From NCBI GenBank assembly GCA_002633005.1, contig NMRA01000261.1, forward strand, positions 62,001 to 126,000: DNA of 64,000 nucleotides. Reading direction: 5' to 3'. The translations under genes were made by a program, and so were the position numbers. Below, in pieces: positions 14,090 through 27,200 of the stretch. Numbering within the stretch: the first letter of the stretch is position 1; every line of letters begins with the position of its first letter. The stretch is from Phoronis australis (Eukaryota; Animalia; Phoronida). Under the pieces are notes generated by a model. That model was not told where the DNA came from. It searched no databases and was given only the letters and a program-made list of their open reading frames with translations.

Positions 14090-14381
14090 AAATTCATTTC
14101 CACAATTGGGAGAAATTTTCCAGATCAAGAGAACTTGTTCTCTTAATTAGAAGAATTCACTTGATCGGGAGAAATTCTCCCAATTTGAGAACCTAATTCT
14201 GTTACAGTTGTATTTTGTACTCTAGAGGTCTGTTCTAAAAGCTCAAAATAAGTTCCTATGAGCAGAAGCAGGTTCTGAAATTAGGAGAATGTGTTTCGAT
14301 CGGGTAAATTCTGATTGGCAGAATTTTTTTGCTCTTGATTTCCTGGAATTCTCTCAATTGGGTGAATTTCACAAAATGAAC
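14090..14381. mobile_element. Palindromic MITE upstream of CABIN1
   Basis: caattgggagaaattttccagatcaagag pairs with ctcttgatttcctggaattctctcaattgg; internal ggagaa subrepeats. Confidence 0.55.
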
Positions 14382-15109
14382 TATTACCTATTTGCCAGTC
14401 GGTTTGGATGTTCGAATCACATGCTGATGGCTCCGGTTCGATACTAGGCATAGTTGTAGACATGTGTTGTCTTGTTATATTTGTTTCTCAGAACACTGCC
14501 CCTTCTTTCAATGTAGCGAGGTAGTATTGCTTAGCAAATCTCACCCAATCTGTCAATGTATAAATTTACAAATTGTAATCTGCAAAAAAATCATCCTGAA
14601 ATATGGACGAAAATGGTTTCAAACTATGAAATAACATCTTGGTGTACTTGTATCGTTCTTTAGTTTCTCACAGAGGCCCTTTAATACCACTTTTCACATT
14701 TTTTTGGCACTGAGGAGATTAAAATGGCTGTACTTTAGTTTTCAATTTAAAAGAGCACTTCTTTCTCATATTCCTTGCATCCATGTTTTCTAAAAATATG
14801 GAGATCAGCTCCCAAAATCTTATGCAGCAAAAATACTATGGCTTATTCCCTTCACTTGAAGGTCATGCAGAATGAGCACATCATGCAAGTAGCTTATGAT
14901 TTTCTGCTTAACAGCAGATGTAACTGGAAACACTGCATGTCATTTGATTCCATAAAACTGTGATCAAAGTTTGGTGATATGTTACAAATAGGTAGAATGA
15001 ACTTCTCTTCATTTTTACATTGTCATGAGGAATCATTTCCATTGAAAATCTTTGAAAACGTGCCCGCCGGGTGATTGTAGTCATTTTGTACTTATTGTCT
15101 TTGTTGTAG

Positions 15110-15202
15110 TTGCGTATTGCAGCTTTAAACGAGTCCAGTAGCAGTGAGTCGGAAAATGAGACCTTGTCAACTCCTAGACTAAAGACCACTAAAGAAGCAC
15201 AG
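15110..15202 (+). CDS. CABIN1: CABIN1 exon
   Basis: tag|[31 protein letters not shown]|gtaagt. Confidence 0.92.
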
Positions 15203-18200
15203 GTAAGTACAGGAGGAGTGATAGCAGTGGCGCATCTATGAGAGAGGGTCAGAAGGCGCTGACAATAAAACGCTGTTAGCACAACAAAATGGTGTTGCTG
15301 GTCTAGAAAGCCTTCCATGGCTTAGTTCATAAATCTGACAAGTTAGAAAAAATTGCTCATATGTAGAGGTATGATTGACGAAATGGCTGATAAAAGCACT
15401 AAACAGTTAATCTTGCTTGAATTGGTTGATTTTAAGTCAGGAATGTTTTCTGAACTCGGACAAAGCTCTGAATCCTTGTTCTTGTTCTAACATTTAGCGC
15501 TCACATAAATCAACATTTAGATTTGATCTGACTTACACCCATTCAAATGTTCAATGCTTTTGCACTGTCCAAACTTGTGCATTGTGTCTAACATGATTAC
15601 TTGAATATGTTTGTGCTTTACTAAATGAACATACCATATTCTCTTGTCAGGAGTCACAGGCCTTGGTGTTGTATAATCAAGCTCTGAGTTTACACAGACA
15701 TGGAGACCACAAACAAGCTGAAGATGTCTTTCACCAGATTCTTCATTTACCCTGGTTACAAGAGGTTGGTTTATGGTCATTCTTATATGACACACTGTAC
15801 CGCTCGCACTCAGATGTTATGATGGGAATTTGCTTGGTTTAGTAACATGTACATTGAATTAAAAGTAACGAAATAGTGAAACTGCTTTGTTTTTGCAAAA
15901 GTTGAGTCCAATGAACGTCGAAAAAGAAAACCGTGCAAAACATACTCTCTTTTGCTTGCACTTTGTCTAAAGTAACATGAACACAGTCGTGATATAAACA
16001 TAGACATGATATGAACATAGACGCCATTTTACTTAAATAACTGCTGCTGCAAGCTGTGTGAGCATTGATCTGATTAACAAAATAACAGATTATGAATGTC
16101 TGAAATGAAAAAAGTTCGGTGAAAATGCACATTTCAGAGTTTATTGAACCTTAAGCGGATAAAGAGACTACAGACAGAAGGCACAATTTGTGAAAGACAA
16201 TGTTACCACTTTTGCACAATTTGGCTAGAAGATTTCGTTCGTCGTCTTCACAGTTTTGTAGCAAATTTACAGTTCTCTGATGACTAATCTTAACAGTACA
16301 TGTCTCCCACCTGATATTGCTATTATTGAACCGATTGCATCTGATGTCCCATTATTAATCTCCCACTATTGGAAGGCAAAGGCCTCTTTCTCCCAATCAC
16401 AATGCATTCCATCTGTAGAATATATTCCATTGGTGATTTTCAGGGGAAGATGAAGGTCTTGTTCTTCGTCTGATAATGTATTTCATACATACTGTAATGC
16501 CACATTTTTGATCCCTAGGGTGTGATGCAGGTCTTCTTCTCCCTCTCATAATGTACTCCATCTATACTATAATGTCCCTAGGTGCCCAACCCTGAGGAAG
16601 GTGAAGACCTTGTCCATCCAGCTCTCATTCTTAAGTACTCCATCTACAAAAATTTGGCCAGCATGGCATCACAGCGACAGGACTATCAGGCAGCCATGGA
16701 GTCTTATCTTCAGGTTAGTAATGGTTCAGACATTACCTAAAACCTATTGAGAAGTTTCTTCAAATTCATAACATTATCTTGTGAACTTAGTTAATAATGA
16801 AGTAAAATTTCATCTAATGTCTGCTTTGCTGGCACATTTGTTCAGGATTTTTCTTTTTTGTTGAGTGTTGATAATGGATTGTTTCAACATATCAGTCAAG
16901 CTATTGACTCTAGTATCATCTTTGTCCTAAAATAATTTGTCGCTGACGAAAGCAGAAAGTTGGTTTTTCGATGATCTTGGGACAATAACAGTGCACATGA
17001 AGGTAGTTTTTCCTCATTGCCAATTGTGCTTGTGTGGCTACATCACACTGTATCAGTTTAAGTGGAAAATCATTGGGAACACATGAAAAAGAATAGGTTG
17101 TTGTAGTATGCTTACAAAGTCCTTCCGCATTGTTTGCTTTGCACTTGCGGGACTTAGCATGGTGACCTAACTGCATTTGTCGGAACTATCCATTTCGCTG
17201 GGAAAGAAAACATTTGTTGTAGATTTTGTATTAATATTTTGGACATGTTTATCTGCTGTGGCTACGTCTCTTCTCTCATGTCTTCTTTTCAGGCAGTAGC
17301 TGTGGATTCCAGAGATGTGATGGTGTGGTTCAAAATGGGACTTACTGCGCTGAAGCTTGAGAATCTCAAGCTTGCTTCCTTTGCATTTGAACAAGTAGGT
17401 GAAAGTCAGTGCCTTAAATTACACAGTCCATTTTCTAAATATAGGCATGTATTCACTTAAATCACTCCTCGCAGTGTTATGGTTTGCTGCAAGCACAGGT
17501 GATGTTGTTCTGGTTCAATTAGCCTGTGTAATTGGACGTCCTCAACAGCTGCACTGTGATCAGGTAAAAGGTTTTTCATTGTATGCTTTTCAGAATCCTA
17601 TTGACTCCATTTTATTGTCATGACTTTCCTGTTTTCATTTCAGGGTCTAGAGAGTAATCCTAATCACTGGCCTTGCCTGGACAATTTATGCACAGTGCTG
17701 TATGCTATCAATAATTATGAAAGTGAGTAATGACTCTCTTTTGTTCTTTGGTTTTGCTCAATGTACACAATCGTTATCAGCAGCATTGTGTCATCTCGTA
17801 TGTAATGCATTCTTAATCACATTTGGTTTTGGCCAAAATATGAGTACGAACTTTGAAATCAGTGCATATGTAAACAACAACATATTGATTGATGTTTTGG
17901 TTTATTGTCTATAAACCATTCTCAAGACAAAAGACAAAAGTTCACAATAGTCCAAGCAAGTGACAAATGTGGAGAAACAGACTGTACAGATACATGTCAA
18001 ATTCATTGTGGAGGAAGAGACCAGAAATCAAAACAGTTGGAGCTCTATTGAGATAGCGCTCAGCTTGATTCAACCGTATATGCATAGCCTCCTTTATGAG
18101 GAGCCTGAGGGTGGCATTATCTTTGTCCAAGATCTGAACACCAGAGTAATCTATAGTGCGACCACTTGTCAATGAATGGTTAAGAACAGCACTATGTGTA

Positions 18201-21200
18201 TCTTTATTGACAATAAACCGAATCAATATGTCGCTGTTTACATTTGCGCTGATTTTAAAGTCCGTATACTAATGCAGTCTTAGTTCTGAAGTGTGCGCAA
18301 TGTTCTAAATGTCGTTTGTTAGTTGTCATGGTATTAATATTGTTCATATCTTTTTTTATTTTTTTGATATCAACATGGTCCAAGTCGGAGTATCCATGAA
18401 TCTAAACAAGTTGTCTATTTTCAGATTGTTTATATTACATATCCAAAGCTCTAGAGCGAGACTCTGGCTATGTCAAAGGTCTTGCTTTGAGAAAGGCTAT
18501 GCTTACAGAGCAACCATCACTTGAGGAATACAGTAAAGAATACTTTCAGTTCTGGTACTTCTCTTTCGTCTTCTTGTGTCCTAGAGTCACCACTCTCTTT
18601 TTCTGCCGAATTATCTTATTGTCTATTTCCTGTAATATCTCGTATGGCAGTAATTTTTTCAACTTACTGTGTGATTAAGCTTTACTTGATTTACTCTACA
18701 AAATTAAGCACATGTAACCTTGGTGTCCGAGACTTCAAAAATATTACATTGATATTATACTTACCAATTACATTTGGTTTAAACATCTCATTCTTTTAAC
18801 TTAGTTATAATGTAAGCTGTTGACATGTAAACCAAATCTTTGATTCTTCCTGAGGATGATTTTAATTTTTAATTCTTTGTTTAAAGTGAAAAGAAGTTGC
18901 ATATTCTTAGATAGTGTATTGTTCCAATCTAGTGATGGTGAGATATACACAGCTGAGCTGACAGACCAGGAATACAAAGAGGTTCTTGACAGGGCTATCG
19001 AGTTGAGACAGAGACATCAGGAACTACGTAGACCAGCTCCACTCCCTGTCCTACCCTTCAGAGCACCCCTGGACAGCTACTGGTGGGTAGTTACTGTCTG
19101 AACTTTTGGTATTGTCTAGTGACTGTTTCCGCTCTTATAGTATTCCCAAGATGTCCTAACACTTTGGACCACTAAACCCACATTCATACACACATGCGTA
19201 CACACACACACACACACATGCACACACACTCGCACATTTTGGGATCCATTTCTATTCCTTAGGGTCCATGAAGTGTTAAAAAATCATTACAGTGGCACAC
19301 CACTGCACACAATACATGTTGGCAAATGAGGTGAGTCAGGGGGTACCTCTGTCAATGGAAATATAGTGAATTTAGGGGTTACTTCTGTCAATGGATATGT
19401 GATGTATCTGGGGTTACTTCTGTCAGTGGAAATGAGGTGAATCTAGGGTTACTTCTGTCTATGGAAAATGAGGTGAATCTGGGGGTTCTTATGTCAATGG
19501 AAAATGAGGTTAATGTGGAGTTACCTCTGTCAATGCGAAATACGGGATGGTATCCAAGAAATGAAAATTGTTGTTTGTATTTCATTAATTTTATGTCGTG
19601 TAACTTACCAATATTGTGTCCAGTGTTATGCATTCCTTGGTGCAATACACTTTCTTTCTAAATCGAGTCAAGTTATACAGAAATGCAGTCTTTGTGTGAT
19701 TTTTCAACGTAACAGAGGGTTTTGAAATCATTGTTTTCACATGAAACACTCCTTTAACTCATTTAGAAATGAAGATCATTGGATCTCCATATTTCTGGGT
19801 TGCAGTGAAAATCTTAACCTAAGTGAGTTACATGAAAATCATTTATAAAGACGCTGACGTAGACGTCTTCTTTTTTCTTGAACTTTTCAGTTGGAAGAGT
19901 TTTGGCGAGAAGTTAGTGGAGCTCTATGACTACATCCTAACACAAGAGTCTCCAGTCGTGAGTATCTTACCTGTTATCTTACAATTCTAACCTAGTTCTC
20001 TTTACTTGCCGTGTCTTGGCTCTTTAACATAAACAATTCTCAAGTCATGAATGGCTAAAATATTGTTAATGTCCTTGCAAAAGTTTGCTTGCTTTATGAT
20101 GCCTTTGACATAGACAGTTGATGCAAAAGGAGCCAATTTTCCCTTTTTCATTACAAAAAACAACCACGATAGTCTGTCATCACGTTTCACCCCATGTTGA
20201 ATACTTCTGGCTCTACCAGTGGCTGTAGCTTTTCCAACTATCATATTGCTTGCAAAACTGTCATTTTTATTAAATGATGGTACTGGATTATTGACTAACA
20301 TTAATACATTTGATTCCCAGCATTATCACTGAGGGAGAACTAAATGGCATTATTGTGTTTTTAATCATGTTTAGACTTTAAGCTGCTAATGAGATATAAT
20401 GGAGATCCTCGCTCCAGCTTCCCCAATTCGCATTTGGCATCCTGGCAAAAATCTCAGGTCGCCAAGCAAAATCTGAGGTCACCAAAAAACTGAAAATCCC
20501 AGGTCACTTGAACTGTGCCCCACTGTCGTAATCTTACCCCCACCTTTTTAATTTCTCCCTGTATATGTATATTCGTTCACTAATTCTCTGACTCAATTCC
20601 TCTCCTCAACAAACGAAAATAAGATGCAGACGATTGATTGCATACATTGGCCCGATTTTTGCCAAATATACCCGACTTCTGTCTGTTTATTTCCTCTTGT
20701 AATTTAAGCGTGGTGTCAAATGCACTGATTTCGTGAAATAAATGGAACAGTTGCGAATCATAGGTAATAAATCTAGGAAAACTTAAGTAATTTAAAGTTT
20801 AGAAGTCAACACGCACTTTGAAACATATTTAGGGTGAATTATTGTCTGATTTTCGACTTCGTGACGTCTTATGATTTTTCCCAGGTCGCCTAATGCAATC
20901 TGATGTCGCACTGGCGTCCTGGAGGTCCAGCGCTGCTTGTGATAGTAATGCGTTTTATTATTCATTTATTTATTTAGACATTAAGCTGCAGAGTAGACAT
21001 GGATACCCTGACTTGTGCACCTCCCGTCACCAGTCAGATGGAGGACCAAGCAATGCCAGAGGTGGTAGACATTGATAAGATGCAGTCTGATTCAAGGAGC
21101 AACTCCAACCTTCCTGCTTATAGTCAGTCAGAGGAGAGCTGTGATATTGCCCTGTTGTTAACACCAAGTGTCGCTACTGAGGAGAGCAGTGATGTTAGAT

Positions 21201-24200
21201 CACTGTTAAAGGCGAGTGTTCCTGCTGAACACAAAGACATTGCCACATTGTTAAAGACTAGTGTCCCTATAAAGGAGAGCAGTGATGCCATTGCTCCACT
21301 GTTAAAGGCTAGTGTCCCCAATGAGGATATTGGTGATGTTACTCTGTTGCTAAAGGCTGCTGCTTCTTCAGAGGTCAATGTTTGTAGTGTTGATCCAGCT
21401 AAGGAGGTTGTTTCCATGACTACAGGTACTTGTATGCTAAACATATATTGGCTTTGTGCTAACAGGTTGTAGATAACTCAAGTTTGATGTTGCCCACATG
21501 TAAATTGTCTACGTTCATTAATACTGCTCGCTCACAAATGAAAGTACACAAGATTGCCACACCCTGTTTTTAATACACGGTGTTGTTATGTGGTGGAGAC
21601 GTGACTCAGTTTGCTTAACCTCAACATACTAGATGACATCCCAGTAATAATGTTCTAACTAAATGAGGTGGTCCTAACTGAAACAGTGAAAGCCTTTTGA
21701 GATGTCCATTACAAGTCACCTTTGTGTGTGCAAATATATGTCAGGGTGCTTTCTTCCGGATATTTATCTTGATAATTGTGCAGGTTAAAGCAAATAAGCC
21801 ACTAACTTATCATATTGGTGTCATTGGGACTGTTGTGTTTTGACATATTATGTAGAAGGCTGTAGCCTAGATCTTCGCAAGTAAGAAGTGACACAGTTTT
21901 AACTGTTTAGGACCAGAGTCAGAATTAACTGTCTGTTAGACGACAATACAATGGCTGCAGCAAGGGATATTATTACCCAGAAAAGGGATTTTCCAGAGAT
22001 CGGCCTCTGCACGGATTCAAATGTGGAACCCCTGTGGTTGTAGTCTAATGCTCTGCTGATGAAGCTAAATCCCACTTCTAAATGATTTAGCATTTTAAGT
22101 GTATTTTACCGGTAAAGTCACCAGCTTTCATTTCAGTGAATGTCTGTCAGTCAACAGCAAGAATTGGCAATCTATGATAAAATCATAAAAACAGCAGTAA
22201 TCCCTAAAATACATTTTTCGACCTTTAACTTGTAAAATTGTCCACTGAATGAGAATAAAGAGGGCCACCCCGAACTGTCACTTAGTGATGTGTAGTTGCA
22301 ATGGGGAAGCAAAGCATGCATAGTGATTGGTCAATGCAACAGACTAGTGTAGAAGTCATTATGTGAGATGTGATTGGTCCAGAACTGTCCTCTGCACTTG
22401 CAGCAGCTCCCACTGAGTCTCAAGATCCCAAGGAACTTCTGAGTTTAAAGAAAGGTCAGAAACGCAAACGAAATCAACCTATTGATGACCCAGCTGGTAA
22501 AAGGCGGTCTGCTAGGGTAAGATGCAGTCACGTTTACTGGAGAACTGGGAAGGTTAAAAGTATGTTACGGCTCAAAGAATGAATTTGTTCATGCATGTGT
22601 CGTTATTTGTTTTTTGTCCTGTCTAAGAAAACGCTCCAGTCATTAAAAAGTAACTCCCATCATGTCTCCGGCAGACGAGAGTGCTCTCATTTAGCTTGTT
22701 GGTTGCTAGGCAACTTGCTATGCAACAGCTGCCAAGGGATATCCTTGCGCTGTGTCGATGCTGTTTTAGACTACAAGGATGTAGAGAATAAAAATGCCAG
22801 TGAATAAATAACATTAGGATAGGTAGAGTATTCTTTGTCTTAACAGAAACAAATGGCTTAATTTCTTAGTTTCAGTCAGGTTACATAGTTTGAGCTGCCT
22901 TTCTCTAACGACAGGTACGCAACACACGCAAGAGGGAAGAGGAAGAGATTGTCAACTATCATGAGGTGCTTGTCAAGTTCCTACCATCCACTCTGCTGTA
23001 AGTGCTTATTGGTGGTGGTAGAGCACTGGTGCTTAAGAACAAGGTTTTTGAAAAAAGTTATGGGGGAGTTGCATTTATGTCAGAGGACTGAATATACATG
23101 GATCACGTCACATGCATGAGTCAAAACTTGCCTGAATGTGCACAATGTACTGTTAAATATTCAGAAGTTCTAGCTGAGTGTACACAGTGTACTGTTTAAC
23201 ATTCAGAAGTTCTGGCTGAATGTGCACAGTGTACTGTTTAATATTCAGAAGTTCTGGCTGAGTGTACACAGTGTACTGTTTAACATTCAGACGTTCTGGC
23301 TGAGTGTACACAGTGTACTGTTTAATATTCAGAAGTTCTGCCTGAATGTGCACAGTGTATTGTTTAATATTCAGAAGTTCTGGCTGAATGTGCACAGTGT
23401 ACTGTTTAATATTCAGAAGTTCTGGCTGAATGTACACAGTGTGCTGTTTAACAATAGATGTTATGGCTGAATGTGCATATTAGTTTACTGTTTAATATTC
23501 AGAATTTCTGGCTGAATGTGCACAGTGTGCTGTTCAATATTTAGAAGTGCTGGCTGAATATGTATTTTATACTGTTTGATATTCAGAAGTTCAGGAGTGA
23601 TCATTTAACCAAACGTGTGTTTCAAAGAGTCAGTTATAAAAGTTGGGATGTGGTTATTACGAAGTCAGTTTAGAATGTTAAATTATGCATGAGTGCTTCC
23701 TTCTTTTCCCGCTCTGTGGCTTTTAAAGTTGTTTCTGTTTTCGTGCAGAACTGTGAGTGCGGCTGAGGAGACATTGGCAGATGTTGACATGGAGACTGTT
23801 GAGTTCAGCAAGCCTGAAGAGGGCGCCACTGGTAAGTGTAGAGGCTAACATGTGCTCAGAGTCCATGGCCTCTTCATTAACGAGACACTTATTGGCTGGT
23901 GCAACACGCTTGCTGCCAATCAATGCAGCTGACATGTGCATGCGCCTTCTCAATGATCACTACAAGAGGCGGACCTTTGAGCCATGTTGTAAACAACTAT
24001 ATGCGTGTTGCTTGTAGTTTTTGATTAGATGATAAAGCTAAAAGGTTGCTTTAACCTGGTTTTATCAATAAATTTACTGCAAACTGAAAAGCACTCCAAG
24101 GCACAAATGTGTATGGAGATACATTGGGGACGAATGCCATCATAGCATTGTGAGGAAACTTGTGAAGCTCACAGCCTTCTCCAATAAATATTCTCATTAT

Positions 24201-27200
24201 TTTGACATTCCTTAATTACTGATATTTGAGCACAGCTTACCAGCTAGAAAAATGTGAATTTATGACTTCACCATGTTGGTTGTTATACTCTGAACATAGA
24301 ACAGTAAGTCCATTTGGTTTATAAGTCGGTATAAAGTTCTTTACAAGAATGACCATCGGGTGCATGAGTTTGGTGATGGTCTCCAGTTTTTATGTCATGA
24401 AAAGCTTTCTTTGGATTGGTAGGCCATCAATTTGTCATTTTTAAGCAATAGGCTGTGCTTTGAAGTCTCACATGTCTTTGTTTGCTGCTGACGCCAGCTC
24501 TTACATTTATTCAAAAGTTACCCACTTTCCTTTACTGTGGCGTTCTGAGGCACCTTATTTTTCACCTTATTTTGAACTCTTCAGTCTGTTGTGTAATGTC
24601 ACAGATATGATGACCCCAGATGTTAACTGTCTTGCTAACGAGGAAGAAGCTGTGAAGGATTTGATTCGTAAACGACACGTCAACTCCGGTGTTCTACAGC
24701 TCATGAGGGACTTGTGTGACATCCTGTCTAGTCAGGAATATCTCAAGTGGTGAGTTGTTAGAATACGGTTTGATCGAGGTGAGATAAAATTGGTTGGTGA
24801 AATGTTTCAAATTCAGTCAATGCCTTGATGGCATCGTATGCTTCACTGTAAGGTCTAATATTCTTTCCTTGTAGAACCTGTGAACCATTTATGGCATGCA
24901 GACCAGCCTTACTTTGCATCTTAATCGGCAATTAATGCACTTTCCTTCATAAAGAACAGTTTTTGATTCAGACTGTTTCCTGTTATGAAATTGGTCTCAA
25001 ATTGTTCTATACTCAAATTGGAGATGATTTCGGGGCTTTGTAAGAACTCTCAGTTTGTTACTGTTTGTGACCAAGCTCTTCATATTGGTTTGTCACTTTT
25101 GAGTCATGTTATGCGCCGAGCATGGTCAGTTCTTTCCAAACCCAAGATCACTTCTCATGTGAGTAAGGAACGAGTCGAAGCCAATTTTATTCTGGCAAGG
25201 GATCAAAATCAAAAGTTGACTTTTTCAACAGAATGCGGGTTTAAAAACACTAACAAAATGGTGATGTTTAGTTTGTATTGACTTGTGCGAGATCATGAAT
25301 GTTATGCCGTGTACTCATTAGTGGAAGTAAAGAAAACAGGACTATGAGACGAATAGGCTGTGGTGTCATTTCAAAGGTGGAACATAACAAGCTTAAATCT
25401 TTCAAGCGATGAATATGCAGAGGTGCCAACCACTACAATTTCGGCGACATCCCAAGACTTTTTTGGAGTTAGGTAGTGCGTTCAGAGATAAGATTATACG
25501 CCCAAGAGATACTAAGTTCCTACAAAATTGTGTTTTTAGACGTGATATTCGAAAGTTAGCCTAATGTGGACATTTTTCTGGAGTCCTCATAACTTTGTTG
25601 TCTTGCGTCATTGTTGAAAGGGGGCATTTTGAATACTCTGGTGTACCCTGCTCTCTTCTGTTGGTATGACTTGTGTCATGGTCTAAAGGGGGCAGGTTGA
25701 ATATTGTGATGTTGCCTACACTCTTCTGTTGGTATGATGATTTGTGTCATGGTCTAAAGGGGGCAGATTGAGTATTGTAATGTAACCAATTCTCTTCTGT
25801 TGGTATGATGATTTGTGTCATGGCCTGAAGGGTTCAGTTTCAAATGTTGAACACTTTCTTCTGTAGGCCTGATGGCTTGTGTCACGTCTATGTTGAAGTC
25901 TACAACAGGCTCCGTCGACACATTCAGCACCCTGACTATTACTGGTAAGTGTAGGTATATGGCTTGTTGCATCAATAAGTGAAATTGGTTAAACCTTTGC
26001 CTTTTAATTAACTTTTTAAAGTCAGCTTTTCTTTCTGTTCAGCTGTCCAAAAAATCAGAACTTCGCTACTCGCTTGTACTTAATAGGTCTTTCTTTGCTG
26101 TTATTGGTCTTTGTTTTTTCAATTCCAGCTGAATCTTGAAACCGAGACTATCGTGACAAAGGAAGTTTTCTGCTTAGTTTGATAGGCTGTAATTTAATAC
26201 TTCTGCTGGCATGCAGAAAATGAGCACCGGTTTAATGTACCCTCACTGCTTTCCTTCCTCAGGTTTATGGTTCATTTGATTTTTTCAGCCGTGACCGTTC
26301 TGATGAGTATATAACAAAAGCTGCAAAGGTAAAATAACTTACACTTATGTGTTACTAGGACTAACTTGCGTTATAAACTATTAACTAAAATATTTGTACT
26401 ATCAACATTTTTCTTAGTGGTGGAAAGATTTAATGTATGCGCGTTTGAATTGTGCGAGATTTACTTAAGGCCTGCCTCTTGAGCTTGGTTACTGTGACTG
26501 TAGGTTTGTACTTCAGATGTGTCTTGTATGGGCTGAGCTAAAGATGGACAATTGGCTGTCATCCAAACCTAAGAGTATTGGACCATCTCCACTCAAGTGA
26601 GTTCACCATATTCTATGAACGAAGAGTTTCATTTATAAGTTTGTTTTTTTTCTAGTAAAACTTTTGAATTCCAAGAAAAAAATAGTTAAATGAACTTAAG
26701 AAGCTATTAATTTGTTTATGCTAGATTATTAAAGTGCAGTCAATATGAATAGAAAGAGATAAGTTGGAAAACCCTATATTGTGAGAGTCACACTTGATTT
26801 TATGTTGCAGAAGAATTTTTTGTGGTTGCGGTGCAAGAATTCTCTGTAGTTGGTATAGTCTGACACAATATGATATCTTTCAGGAGTCCTGAGAGGGCAG
26901 TCACCTTGTTTGGAGCTGATTTCCCAGGGAAATACTTTGAATCTGATGTATTCTACATGGTAGGGCTGACGGGCAGGCAGGATATCATGTCTGAGTTCAG
27001 TTCTGAGTATACTGTCAGGGGTAAGTATCTCACAGGATATCATGTCTGAGTTCAGTTCTGAGTACACTGTCTGGGGTAAGTATCTCACTGGGTTGTCACT
27101 TTTTGTGACAAAATGTGAAAGTCTTTCGTGGCAGAGTCTGCAATTTCTTTGCAGAATTGTCAGAGAGTTGCCAGAGGTTTTGCAAACTCATGGTGAGCAC

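Noticed and set aside
23130-23592. Repetitive ORFs on both strands; CRISPR-like appearance
   Set aside because: Contiguous 42-bp minisatellite without unique spacers in a eukaryotic intron; a unit length divisible by 3 explains the ORFs.
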